A stretch of DNA of 64,000 bases from a virus: IMG/VR virus record IMGVR_UViG_3300033233_000009, positions 1-64,000 of that record; one strand, written 5' to 3'. Every line of letters begins with the position of its first letter. The first letter of the stretch is position 1. The notes under the pieces were generated by a model. That model ran no database searches and had not been told where the DNA came from. It saw only the letters and a list, made by a program, of their open reading frames with translations. The position numbers were made by a program, and so were the translations under genes. Below, in pieces: positions 45,861-54,456 of this stretch.

Positions 45861-47891
45861 ATGGCCAGAACAATCGGCAAGGCGTTCAAGATCGGCAAGA
45901 AGGACGTGAAGTCCTACGGCTACGCCACGCCGAACCGCCGCGCGGGTGGCCGCATGACGGCGAACGCCGGGGTGACGGCCATCGCGGCCATCAACGGCCC
46001 CGGGGCACACGCTCGGCACCACCGGGGCGTGAGCGCGCGGGCGGCCATGAACGGTCTGTCGCGCGAGGAGCGCCTCGCGCGGGCTCGCAAGATCACCGGC
46101 GCTGACCGGGCGGCGTTCGCGCGCCGCATGGGTGCCGCCACGAAAACCAGAGGAACAACCATGCGAACGAACGCCAGTCCAGCGCAGATCGCGGCCGCAC
46201 GCCGCAACATCAAGAAGGCCATCGCTGCCCGTCGGGCAGGCGGTCATCGCCCGAACCTGCGTCCGATGCGGTTCGGTCGCCCGCTGGGCCGGCCCGGGCT
46301 GCGTCCGAACACCTGGCCCGGCGAGGTCCGTCGGCACGAGCACGCCGCGGCGCGCGGCTGGGCTCTGCGTACCGGGTCCCGTCCGCCGTTCGCCTCGACG
46401 CTGGGCACGGCGGCCAGGCGACGGAAGAAGAAGAAGCACACGGCCAACAGCCGGAGGAAGAAGACCATGAGAACCCATCGCCGGAACTTCAGCGCGAAGC
46501 AGCGGGCTGCCGCGCTCCGCAACCTCCGCAAGGCACGTGCCGCGCGGAAGCACCGCCCGAACGCCCGGAAGACGCGGAGCCGCCGGAAGGCGCACCGCCG
46601 CAACGGGCTGGTGTCGAACAAGCGGCGCGTCGCGCGGCGCAGGAGCCACCGCAAGAACTTCAGCGCGAAGCAGCGGGCCGCCGCGCTCCGCAACCTGCGC
46701 AAGGCGCGCGCGGCGCGGAAGCACCGCCCGAACGCCAAGCGGCGTACGGCTCGCCGGAGCCACCGTCGCAACGGCCTGGTCTCGAACAAGCGGCGCACGC
46801 ACCGCCGGAACTTCAGCGCGAAGCAGCGGGCTGCCGCGCTCCGCAACCTCCGCAAGGCACGTGCCGCGCGGAAGCACCGCCCGAACCGGAAGCACCGCCG
46901 GAACACGCACCGCAAGGCGCACCGCCGGAGCCACCGCCGCAACGGCCTGGTCTCGAACGGAGCATTCCGTCGCAACCAGTTCCTCGCGACGGCCAAGGCG
47001 GTCCTCAAGATCGGCGCGATCACCACGGCGGGCTTCGTGGCGCACAAGGCCGTCACCAAGGTCTTCACCGACCAGATCCTCGACCGCATCCTCGGGTCGA
47101 GCGGCGCGGCCTCCCCGGCCAAGCCGGCGGCGGCGAGCGGGCTCGAAGCGCTCCAGCCCTACCGGAGCATCATCGGCGGCGCCGCAGTCGCGGCGGCCGG
47201 CGTGTTCCTGGCCAACAAGGTGGTCAAGGACACGCAGACCAAGATGTTCCTCACGGCCGGCATCGCGACCTCGCTCGTTCACTCGATCGCGGTCGTCGCG
47301 CTGGCGAAGCTCGCTCCGTCGTACTCCGGCTACCTGTCCGGCGACGGAACGGCAGCCAACATCTCGGCCATGTACGGCTTCGGTGCGGGCGCGAGCATCA
47401 TGCCCGAGTACCACCCGATCAACGGCCTGGGCGAGTACTTCGCGCAGAACGGCCTGGGCGAGTACTTCGCGCAGAACGGCCTGGGCGAGTACTTCGCGCA
47501 GAACGGCCTGGGCGCGTACACGAGCAACCCCGACCTGATGCAGGCGGCGGCGGGCTACGGCGTGGTCGAGAACCAGAACAGCAACATCGTGGACCCCGGT
47601 GGTGACCTCGACGCGCAGCTTTCGATCGCGGAAGCGGCGGCGGGCGTCGGCGCGGTGCCCTACGAGGCGGCAGCCGGCTTCGGCCGGGTGCAGCCGTTCG
47701 AGGCGAGCGCGGGCTACGGCGGCTTCGGTGCGGTGAGCACCGTGCCGCCCACGGCCGACACCTGGATCCCCGGCTCGTCGCACGGCCAGCTCTGGGCAGG
47801 CACCCGCGACATCACCGCGGGCCAGTCGGCCCACGAGATGGTGAGCGCCGGGATCATGGAGACCGGCGGCAACCAGGGGGTCTTCGGCTGA
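45861..47891 (+). CDS. Arg/Lys-rich membrane-anchored putative genome-condensing (core) protein
   Basis: Extremely basic N-terminal half with long repeats, three hydrophobic helices, and an acidic/Gly-rich C-terminus with NGLGEYFAQ repeats; directly upstream of the candidate MCP. Confidence 0.85.
   Translation: MARTIGKAFKIGKKDVKSYGYATPNRRAGGRMTANAGVTAIAAINGPGAHARHHRGVSARAAMNGLSREERLARARKITGADRAAFARRMGAATKTRGTTMRTNASPAQIAAARRNIKKAIAARRAGGHRPNLRPMRFGRPLGRPGLRPNTWPGEVRRHEHAAARGWALRTGSRPPFASTLGTAARRRKKKKHTANSRRKKTMRTHRRNFSAKQRAAALRNLRKARAARKHRPNARKTRSRRKAHRRNGLVSNKRRVARRRSHRKNFSAKQRAAALRNLRKARAARKHRPNAKRRTARRSHRRNGLVSNKRRTHRRNFSAKQRAAALRNLRKARAARKHRPNRKHRRNTHRKAHRRSHRRNGLVSNGAFRRNQFLATAKAVLKIGAITTAGFVAHKAVTKVFTDQILDRILGSSGAASPAKPAAASGLEALQPYRSIIGGAAVAAAGVFLANKVVKDTQTKMFLTAGIATSLVHSIAVVALAKLAPSYSGYLSGDGTAANISAMYGFGAGASIMPEYHPINGLGEYFAQNGLGEYFAQNGLGEYFAQNGLGAYTSNPDLMQAAAGYGVVENQNSNIVDPGGDLDAQLSIAEAAAGVGAVPYEAAAGFGRVQPFEASAGYGGFGAVSTVPPTADTWIPGSSHGQLWAGTRDITAGQSAHEMVSAGIMETGGNQGVFG
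46476..46960 (+). repeat. Three imperfect coding repeats (periods 171 and 153 bp)
   Basis: HR(R/K)NFSAKQRAAALRNLRKARAARKHRPN...HRRNGLVSN starting at 46476, 46647 and 46800. Confidence 0.9.
47421..47514 (+). repeat. Perfect 27-bp coding tandem repeat, about 3.5 copies
   Basis: AACGGCCTGGGCGAGTACTTCGCGCAG (NGLGEYFAQ). Confidence 0.95.
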
Positions 47892-47899
47892 GCTAGCCG

Positions 47900-48095
47900 A
47901 TTCCCTCGCGCTCCAGGCGCGGTGTCCTCCGGCAACGGAGGCCCGCGCCTTGGGCGCGTAGAGAGCACCCGTTCCCTTCCCCAGCTCCGCCCAGGAGGTT
48001 CCGCAACAGCGGTTCCCTGGGCTTCGGCCGTTGAGAGCCCAAGAGGGAATTTCCCCTCGAACGAGGAACGTAGCCTCGCAAAAAACGGTAAGGCT
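47900..48095 (+). ncRNA. Candidate structured RNA in the leader of the capsid gene
   Basis: Long hairpin 47907-47958 capped by CTCCG-GCAA-CGGAG; further stems TTCCCT/GGGCT...AGCCC/AGGGAA, CCTCG-AA-CGAGG and CGTTCC...GGAACG. Confidence 0.4.
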
Positions 48096-48109
48096 CATAC
48101 GGAGTTACC

Positions 48110-48868
48110 ATGGCAAAGGTCGTTTCCATTCGCGAGCGAGTGCACCAGCCCTTCTGGGACAGTCTCGTTCGCACTGCCGGCTTGACCGCCGGTGCCCTCA
48201 ACGACACCACGTCGCTGTTCACCTCGAACGGCGCGCGGTCCGAGGCCACCACCAACCTGATCAACGGCAGCACGCTGCCGTCCGACCAGTCGCACGTGGT
48301 GCTCGCGCTCCGCGTGTTCACGTGGTTCCGCAACCCGATCCTCCGGGTCCCGGGCGGCGCGCCCGGCTCGGGCGAAGTCTCCGAGAACGGCGACTACGGC
48401 ACGCTCACCCCGTGGCTCGTCGGCGGTCCCGGCTTCGGCCAGGCTCCGGCGAACATCGAGGACATCTACCGCCTGCACTGGCAGACGGAGGAGCAGCTCC
48501 ACTGGAGCTTCGGAACGGGCCTCAAGAACAGCATCGACAATGTTCCGACGTGGTACTTCCCGACGGGAGGGGGCATCTCGGGCGACATGGGCGCCGCAAC
48601 CGACCTCATTCACTGGCAGAACAGTGGATGGGACGGGCACAGCGGGATCCTGCGGCTCGCCCGCGCGATCCTGATTCCGCCCCGCCAGAACATCCTCTGC
48701 CAGGCCAAGATTTTCGCCCTCCCCGACGCGGGGCAGGCGCAGACCTTCCTGACGTCGCAGGGGTCGCGGAACATGCTGTCCCTCAAGGACAACCTGAACG
48801 CGGTGGACGCGGCGCAGAAGTGCATCACGTTCGTGTTCGACGGTCTGTTCTCCCGAGACGTTCAGTAG
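48110..48868 (+). CDS. Candidate major capsid protein (single jelly-roll type)
   Basis: Soluble, beta-rich, 252 aa; QPFWDS..LF..TNL..G.TLP...VLALRV and LARAILIPPRQN patterns; GGAG RBS; flanked by hairpins. Confidence 0.55.
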   Translation: MAKVVSIRERVHQPFWDSLVRTAGLTAGALNDTTSLFTSNGARSEATTNLINGSTLPSDQSHVVLALRVFTWFRNPILRVPGGAPGSGEVSENGDYGTLTPWLVGGPGFGQAPANIEDIYRLHWQTEEQLHWSFGTGLKNSIDNVPTWYFPTGGGISGDMGAATDLIHWQNSGWDGHSGILRLARAILIPPRQNILCQAKIFALPDAGQAQTFLTSQGSRNMLSLKDNLNAVDAAQKCITFVFDGLFSRDVQ

Positions 48869-48901
48869 CCAAGTACTGCGCGGCACGGAAGGGACACGGG
48901 A

Positions 48902-48938
48902 AGTGGTCGCGGGGCCTTCGACGGGCCTCGCGACCACT
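48902..48938 (+). terminator. Strong hairpin after the candidate MCP (attenuator or mRNA stabiliser; no U-tract)
   Basis: AGTGGTCGCGGGGCC...GGCCTCGCGACCACT. Confidence 0.5.
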
Positions 48939-49009
48939 CGCTCCCGAGCGGGGGCAGGTCTGATGCGTACGGCGCGCTCCGCCGGTACTCCCTTGTGGAG
49001 GTAGCTACG

Positions 49010-49972
49010 ATGAATCCCATGCTTCAGCAGTTGATGGACAGCGCGGGCCTCGCGATCAAGCAGTCGCGTGACGCGCTGGCGGCCTCGCAGCAGATCGGCA
49101 ATCAGGTCAGCGGGGTGCGCCAGGAAATGGCGCGGCTCGCGCAGAACGCAGCCGATCTCCAGTCGGCGATCGGTCGCTTGCAGGTACAGCGGGCGAACGG
49201 CGACCCGGGCATCCAGCGGGTCGAGAACATCCCCGGGCGGCGGGTGCCGTTCGACCTGTTCGTGGACATCCCCATCGGGGACAACGTGACGAGCGTCCAG
49301 CAGGGCACGATCACGATCAGCCAGGAGGGGCCGTTCGTGGCCGTCTCCCGGATGGCGGTCTTCCTCTCGACCTACCAGTTCCAGGTGGTCACGGACCCGA
49401 ACCAGCCGAACAGCAAGGCGACGTTCGCCGGGCGGAGCTTCGGAAGGCAGCGGCCGATCCACAGCGTGTGGGACCTGAACGACGGGCTGCCGCGCACGCA
49501 GGTCGTGATGGCCGTCGCGATGCCGGGCACGGGCGCCCCGCAGGTGATCAGCCCGTCGAACGCGAGCCCGTTCCGCACGATGGAGGCGGACTACCGGATC
49601 CGGTTCGAGAACGCGGGGTCGAGCTTCCCGCGGTCGAACATCGAAATCCCGAGCGCGTTCTGGACGCGGGGGATGAACGATCCGTTCGAGCTGGCGGCGC
49701 TCGACGTGTTCGAGCGGGGCGAGGTGATGACCTTCCAGGTGCTCCCGCTCCACCCGAACAACCCGCCCTTCGGCAACGTCGCCGGCTTCGGCGCTCCGAA
49801 CCCGGCCTACCCGTTCGTGCAGAGCGGCTGGGATGCGGTGGAAGGCGTCGTGGACGCGAACAACCCCGCTGCCGGCACCACCGATCCGGTGACGCGCGTG
49901 GCGAGCGGCATCCTCACGATCGGCTTCCACGGCTACCGGATCGTCCAGCCTGCGGGCGCGGGCCCGTACTGA
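49010..49972 (+). CDS. Candidate second capsid protein (N-terminal coiled coil plus beta-rich domain)
   Basis: GGAGG RBS; GTITISQEGPFVAV, LDVFERGEVMTFQV, LTIGFHGYRI strands. Confidence 0.55.
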   Translation: MNPMLQQLMDSAGLAIKQSRDALAASQQIGNQVSGVRQEMARLAQNAADLQSAIGRLQVQRANGDPGIQRVENIPGRRVPFDLFVDIPIGDNVTSVQQGTITISQEGPFVAVSRMAVFLSTYQFQVVTDPNQPNSKATFAGRSFGRQRPIHSVWDLNDGLPRTQVVMAVAMPGTGAPQVISPSNASPFRTMEADYRIRFENAGSSFPRSNIEIPSAFWTRGMNDPFELAALDVFERGEVMTFQVLPLHPNNPPFGNVAGFGAPNPAYPFVQSGWDAVEGVVDANNPAAGTTDPVTRVASGILTIGFHGYRIVQPAGAGPY

Positions 49973-49986
49973 GAAAGGGCCCCACG

Positions 49987-50625
49987 ATGTCGTACCGCGC
50001 AACGGGTGCTGTTCCTCCGGTTCTCCACGCGGCGCAGCGGCCGCTCACCGCCCAGGACTGGGCGAACATTTCGCTGTACGCCAAGGCCGTGAAGGACGCG
50101 CAGCGGCAGCGCCGCATGGGCGGCGAGCGGGCGATGCACGGCATGGGCGACCTGGGGCTTGGGCTCCTCCCCGCCCCCGCGCCCGTTCCGATGCCGATGC
50201 CGACGCCGACGCCGGTGGCCACCTCCGTGGCCGACTGCGTGCGGCACAACACGCAGAAACTGGCCACGCTTCCGACCCTCCGGCTGGGAGCGCGCGGCGA
50301 GGCGGTGGGCGGCTGGCAGGAGGAGCTGCGACACCTCGGGGCCGCCATCCGGGTGGACAGCGTGTTCGGTCCGGCCACCCGGGCGGTGACGGTGGCCTGG
50401 CAGCGCAAGCACGGTCTGGTACCGGACGGCGTGGTCGGCCCGCGGAGCTGGGCCACGATGATCCAGGTGCACTGCGCCCGGCGGGCACAGATGGATGCCA
50501 TGCGGGCGACGCACGGCATGGGCGCCGAGGCGGAGCTGTCCAAGCCTTCCGTCGTGCTGCCCGCCTTCGTCTACGGGGCCGCGGTGGGTCTCGGGCTGGG
50601 GTACGTCTTCTTCGCGTCGAGGTAG
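49987..50625 (+). CDS. Peptidoglycan-binding domain protein, tail-anchored
   Basis: PTLRLGARGEAV..WQ..L...VDSVFGPAT..V.AWQRKHGL.PDGVVGPRSW; HGMG motifs; TM. Confidence 0.88.
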   Translation: MSYRATGAVPPVLHAAQRPLTAQDWANISLYAKAVKDAQRQRRMGGERAMHGMGDLGLGLLPAPAPVPMPMPTPTPVATSVADCVRHNTQKLATLPTLRLGARGEAVGGWQEELRHLGAAIRVDSVFGPATRAVTVAWQRKHGLVPDGVVGPRSWATMIQVHCARRAQMDAMRATHGMGAEAELSKPSVVLPAFVYGAAVGLGLGYVFFASR

Positions 50626-50637
50626 GAGCACACCGAG

Positions 50638-51381
50638 ATGGACGCGCAGAAATTCGTCGAGCAGTGCGTCGCCAAGGTGCAGCGGCAGCCGGCGATCCGG
50701 CTCGGTGCCCGAGGCGACGCGGTGCGCGTGTGGCAGACCCTGCTGAACCGGGAAATCGGCCAGGCGCTTCGGGTCGATGGGGTGTTCGGTCCGAACACCC
50801 ACCACGGGACGGTGGCATTTCAGCGCAAGGCCGGCCTGCGCCCGGACGGCGTGGTCGGATCGAAAACGTGGGCGGCCGCATCGGTGGCTCCCTGCTACGC
50901 CCAGGCGGTCGTGCAGCAGCGCGGCGCGGCGGCAGGCAAGGGCGGGGGCCAGGCGGCGCGTCAGGCCGCGCAGGGCCTCGGCCGCGGCGGCGGTGGGCAT
51001 CACGGCGGTGGCGGTCACCACGGCGGCGGCGGTCATGGCGGTGGGGGACACCACGGCGGCGGCGGTCGCTTCTGGGGTGGGGGCGGCGGCGGCGCGTACT
51101 TCGCCCCGGGCGGCGGCTACCCGTACATCGTCGAGGACTACGGGCCGACGCTGCTCGTGGTGGGCGACGACTGCGCGAACCGCGTGCGGAACTCCTGCTA
51201 CCAGCAGTTCAGCCAGAACCCCGCTCAGCAGGCGGGCTGCACGCAGGCCGGTCTGGCCCGGTGCGGCACGGCGGGCCTCGGGGCGATGGACTTCACCTTC
51301 TCGGTGCTCGACCCGAAAAGCATGGTTCTCGGGGCCGTGCTCGGCCTCACGGTCGGGGCCGTGCTTTTCGGGCGGAAGTGA
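50638..51381 (+). CDS. Peptidoglycan-binding domain protein with a Gly/His-rich segment, tail-anchored
   Basis: IRLGARGDAVRVWQ...DGVFGPNT...FQ..AGL.PDGVVGSKTW; GGGGHH repeats; GLGA followed by TM. Confidence 0.88.
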   Translation: MDAQKFVEQCVAKVQRQPAIRLGARGDAVRVWQTLLNREIGQALRVDGVFGPNTHHGTVAFQRKAGLRPDGVVGSKTWAAASVAPCYAQAVVQQRGAAAGKGGGQAARQAAQGLGRGGGGHHGGGGHHGGGGHGGGGHHGGGGRFWGGGGGGAYFAPGGGYPYIVEDYGPTLLVVGDDCANRVRNSCYQQFSQNPAQQAGCTQAGLARCGTAGLGAMDFTFSVLDPKSMVLGAVLGLTVGAVLFGRK

Positions 51382-51396
51382 GCGAAGATCAGGCGC

Positions 51397-52275
51397 ATGC
51401 AGCCCAGCTTCCGCGAACAGATGCTCGCCTCGTTCCAGGCGGTGAATCCCCACATGGCGCTGGGCGCTGCGCCGCCGCAGCCGGAGCCGGCCGCGAGCTT
51501 CAAGGAGACGAGCATCAACAAGGTGGTCCAGGCGGGCGGCGAGGTTGCGGCGCGCTTCATGCACCCGACGTTCCTGCCGTTCGAGAAGCTGTACCGGAAG
51601 TTCCCGCAGCAGGGCGTGTTCACGGCGACGCCACAAAACAACTTCGTGCTGGAGCTGGGGTCGTTCCGGGTGCCGCAGCAGATGGCGTTCGCCCTGGTGG
51701 ACTACCGCTTCGACCTGTACCGGCTGTCAGGGGCGGCAGCGGGCGACTGGGTGCCGCTGGAGGAGCGGCGCCTGTCGGGCCAGATCGGCTACGACGTGCT
51801 GATCGCTGACTACCGCAAGGCAAACCTGTCGTACGAGCTGGACCCGACGGAAATCCAGGCGGCGAAGGAGGCGAGCGAGCAGCCGCCGAGCCCCGGCATC
51901 ATCGCGGCGGGCGCGGAGTTCAACAACAATTTCCCGCCGCAGATCGGCAACCCGCTGTTCCCGCCGAGCGCGGCGCCGTTCGGCGCGAGCCTCACCGACT
52001 TCGCGAACGCGCGCGCGGCCGCTGCGTCGTCGCCGGGTGGCCCCGGGCTGTCGCTCATGCCGCAGCGCCACGAGCGGCTCGGGCCGCTGCCGCTGCCCTT
52101 CACGCTGATGGTGCGCGAGAACCAGCGCGTGACGTTCAAGGCCGTCGTGTTCCGGCCGGTGCCGATCCCGCTGGCGTTCTTCGAGGTGGACGTGACCGGC
52201 GTGCTCATGCCGGCGAACGTCGCCGATTCGCTGCTCGCCGCGATGGCGCCCTACGTGCCGCAGGGGAGGCACTGA
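51397..52275 (+). CDS. Candidate third capsid/penton-like beta-rich protein
   Basis: LELGSFRVPQQMAFALVDYRF and FTLMVRENQRVTFKAVV strands. Confidence 0.5.
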   Translation: MQPSFREQMLASFQAVNPHMALGAAPPQPEPAASFKETSINKVVQAGGEVAARFMHPTFLPFEKLYRKFPQQGVFTATPQNNFVLELGSFRVPQQMAFALVDYRFDLYRLSGAAAGDWVPLEERRLSGQIGYDVLIADYRKANLSYELDPTEIQAAKEASEQPPSPGIIAAGAEFNNNFPPQIGNPLFPPSAAPFGASLTDFANARAAAASSPGGPGLSLMPQRHERLGPLPLPFTLMVRENQRVTFKAVVFRPVPIPLAFFEVDVTGVLMPANVADSLLAAMAPYVPQGRH

Positions 52276-52447
52276 TGCCGAGCGGGCTCCAGTCTACGGG
52301 CGGCGACGCTCTCGGGTGCTTTCTTCTTCGTCGTCGGCAGCACCGTGACGCCTCGTGCGCTCCCGCAACTCAAAAAGTGGGAGTCAGCGAGATCGTCCTC
52401 GAAACGAGGGTGTCGCCTCCCGTTCTATTCCGGCGGGAGGTGCGACC

Positions 52448-53215
52448 GTGAACGGCAGCCCCGCGTACTACCGTCCGCAGGCGGCACTGGCGCTGGCAAC
52501 CGACAGCGGCGACGCCGCGCTCGGCAAGGGGCAGAGCCTCGCGGTCGAGACGATGCTGCGCACCGTGCGATCGAGCCATGCGTTCGATCCGCTCGGCGTC
52601 TACGTGCCGTGGGCACGGCAGAAGGGCGGTGTCACCTGGGAGACGATCGCGGAGCCGGACCACGACCTCGTGCTCTACCCGATCAGCGCCGCGACGGTCG
52701 ATCGGGTGAACGCGGCGTCCTACGGCCACGAGCTGCCGTGGGTCGGCGTGGTCGCCGAGGCACCGACGAACAGCCGGACGGCTGACGAGGTGTGGGACGC
52801 GACGCGGTACGATCTGTTCGCGGTCGAGGGGCTGTACGACGTGAACGATGCGCGGCCGGCGCCGCGGATCTGTTTCCTCTACTGGGCAAAGCTCCACGAT
52901 GACGTGGGCGGCGGGCGAGCGTCGCTCGATGCGGTCGCGCAGCGGCTTGGAGGGCGACTCGTGTTCCCGATGCACGTGCCGGTCACCGATCCGCGCCGGC
53001 CGCCGTCGCTACCCTTCCAGATGGTGCTGAACGCGCAGCTTGCCGGCCCGGAGGCGTTGCCCGAGCTGGCAGGCTTCGGCGCGGAGGCGAGCGCAGCAGC
53101 GGCAGCCGCGGCACCGCCCGCGACCCGGAGCGCGCTGCCGTGGCTGGCGCTCGCCGCCGCGGCAGGCGGCGCCGTGTGGCTCGCGCTGCGCGGCGGGAAG
53201 CGAAGGAAGCGGTGA
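52448..53215 (+). CDS. Tail-anchored protein
   Basis: GTG after GGAGG; LAGFGA followed by TM and KRRKR. Confidence 0.75.
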   Translation: MNGSPAYYRPQAALALATDSGDAALGKGQSLAVETMLRTVRSSHAFDPLGVYVPWARQKGGVTWETIAEPDHDLVLYPISAATVDRVNAASYGHELPWVGVVAEAPTNSRTADEVWDATRYDLFAVEGLYDVNDARPAPRICFLYWAKLHDDVGGGRASLDAVAQRLGGRLVFPMHVPVTDPRRPPSLPFQMVLNAQLAGPEALPELAGFGAEASAAAAAAAPPATRSALPWLALAAAAGGAVWLALRGGKRRKR

Positions 53216-53218
53216 GCG

Positions 53219-53449
53219 ATGCCGACCTTCATGGCGACGCCGACCGACGTGCTGAAGCTGGTGCACACCGCACGGAAGCTCGACGCGAATCCGTTTTCGC
53301 TCGCGGGCAAGCTCGTGGGGCTCGGCGCGGACGAGCAGCGGGCGGGCATCCCGGCGTGGGCCTGGGTGCTCGCGGGAGTGGGGGTCGGGGTGGCACTCGG
53401 CTGGAAGCTCGCGCCGACCGCGCGGGCGCGACTCAAGGCGTTCTCCTGA
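53219..53449 (+). CDS. Small membrane protein
   Basis: VGLGA; TM WAWVLAGVGVGVALGW. Confidence 0.7.
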   Translation: MPTFMATPTDVLKLVHTARKLDANPFSLAGKLVGLGADEQRAGIPAWAWVLAGVGVGVALGWKLAPTARARLKAFS

Positions 53450-53467
53450 ACCAAAGGACAAGTAACC

Positions 53468-53878
53468 ATGGCATTTGCACTCGCAGTCGGTGACCTCGTG
53501 TCCCCCCTCGCCGTCGCGGCCTTCGCGTCCAGCACCGAGCCGCCGCTCCTCGGCGTCGTCACGAAGATCAGCCCCACGACCGTGGTGTGGCAGGATGGGC
53601 GCGAGGTGACCTACACGCCCTCGACGGGCGCCTCGGTGGACGAGGGGCTGTCGAAATTCGAGCCGACCCTCGGCACACCCTTCCAGAACGCGAAGGTGCG
53701 GCCGAACGGGACGATTCCGTTCCCGAACCCTGCCGGTCGCGCGGAGGGCTTCGTGGTGCTCGTCGGCAACGTCACCAACGCCCTCGTGACGGCACTACCG
53801 ACGGCGATCATCCGCTTCGGCAACGGCCTCTACACGGCGGTGCCCGTCTCCGGCATCGAGGTGATCCCGGGCGCCTGA
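53468..53878 (+). CDS. Beta-rich hypothetical protein
   Basis: AAGGA RBS; 136 aa. Confidence 0.7.
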   Translation: MAFALAVGDLVSPLAVAAFASSTEPPLLGVVTKISPTTVVWQDGREVTYTPSTGASVDEGLSKFEPTLGTPFQNAKVRPNGTIPFPNPAGRAEGFVVLVGNVTNALVTALPTAIIRFGNGLYTAVPVSGIEVIPGA

Positions 53879-53900
53879 GAGGCCCGCCGCTCTCCCGATA

Positions 53901-53938
53901 CCGAAAACTTGACGGCGAGCCGGGCAGCCGGCGAGCAT
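53901..53938 (+). promoter_or_regulatory. Recurrent viral promoter
   Basis: CCGAAAAC-TTGACG-18-GAGCAT. Confidence 0.6.
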
Positions 53939-53955
53939 GAAGGAACAGGCAAACC

Positions 53956-54360
53956 ATGTCGCTCAATCAGATGGCGTACCAGTCCGGCGTGCTCGGGGCC
54001 CTGCCCCCGGCTCCCGCCTTCCGCTCGGGCTCGCTCGGCGTGCTCGGCTTCGTGCCGCCGGTGTCCGGTGCGGTGCGCTCGGGCTCGCTCGGCATCCTGG
54101 GGGCGCCCCCACCGAGCGGCGCCGTGAAGTCCGGCGTGCTCGGCACGCTCGGTGGCGGCCCGCCTCCCTCCGGTGCGGTGCGCTCCGGCTCGCTCGGTGT
54201 ACTCGGCGAGTACTTCGCGCAGAACGGCCTCGGTGCCGATGCGGTCGTGATGCCCACCGCGGTGGGGCCGAAGCCCGCCATGGCGACCCTCACCATGGCC
54301 ATCGCTGGCCTGGGCGCGGTCGCCGCGATCTGGTGGGCCATGACCCGCCGGCACGCCTGA
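53956..54360 (+). CDS. Tail-anchored repeat protein
   Basis: Repeated SG(S/V)LG.LG..PP.SGAV; GEYFAQNGLGA; TM. Confidence 0.75.
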   Translation: MSLNQMAYQSGVLGALPPAPAFRSGSLGVLGFVPPVSGAVRSGSLGILGAPPPSGAVKSGVLGTLGGGPPPSGAVRSGSLGVLGEYFAQNGLGADAVVMPTAVGPKPAMATLTMAIAGLGAVAAIWWAMTRRHA

Positions 54361-54456
54361 GCCCGGCATCGGAGGGCTGCCCGGGAGAGCCCTTCGGAGC
54401 GGACGCCCGAAAACTGGCGTGAGGGTTGGACCCAGGTGTAGCCTGCGAGGCACAGC

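Noticed and set aside
46476-46960. Long repeats as a CRISPR array or a DGR template/variable pair
   Set aside because: They are coding repeats with mostly synonymous differences rather than adenine-specific ones, and no reverse transcriptase is present in the window.
47421-47514. 27-bp direct repeats as a CRISPR array
   Set aside because: The copies are contiguous with no spacers and encode an in-frame peptide repeat.
12698-50002. Very long minus-strand ORFs (e.g. 12698-14560, 16901-18808, 30670-32898, 41753-44275, 45837-48098, 48095-50002)
   Set aside because: These are shadow frames of GC-rich plus-strand genes, with R/A/G/P-rich translations and no recognisable motifs.
50985-51095. GGC/CAC-rich tract as a non-coding repeat element
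   Set aside because: It is an in-frame Gly/His low-complexity segment of the 50638-51381 protein.
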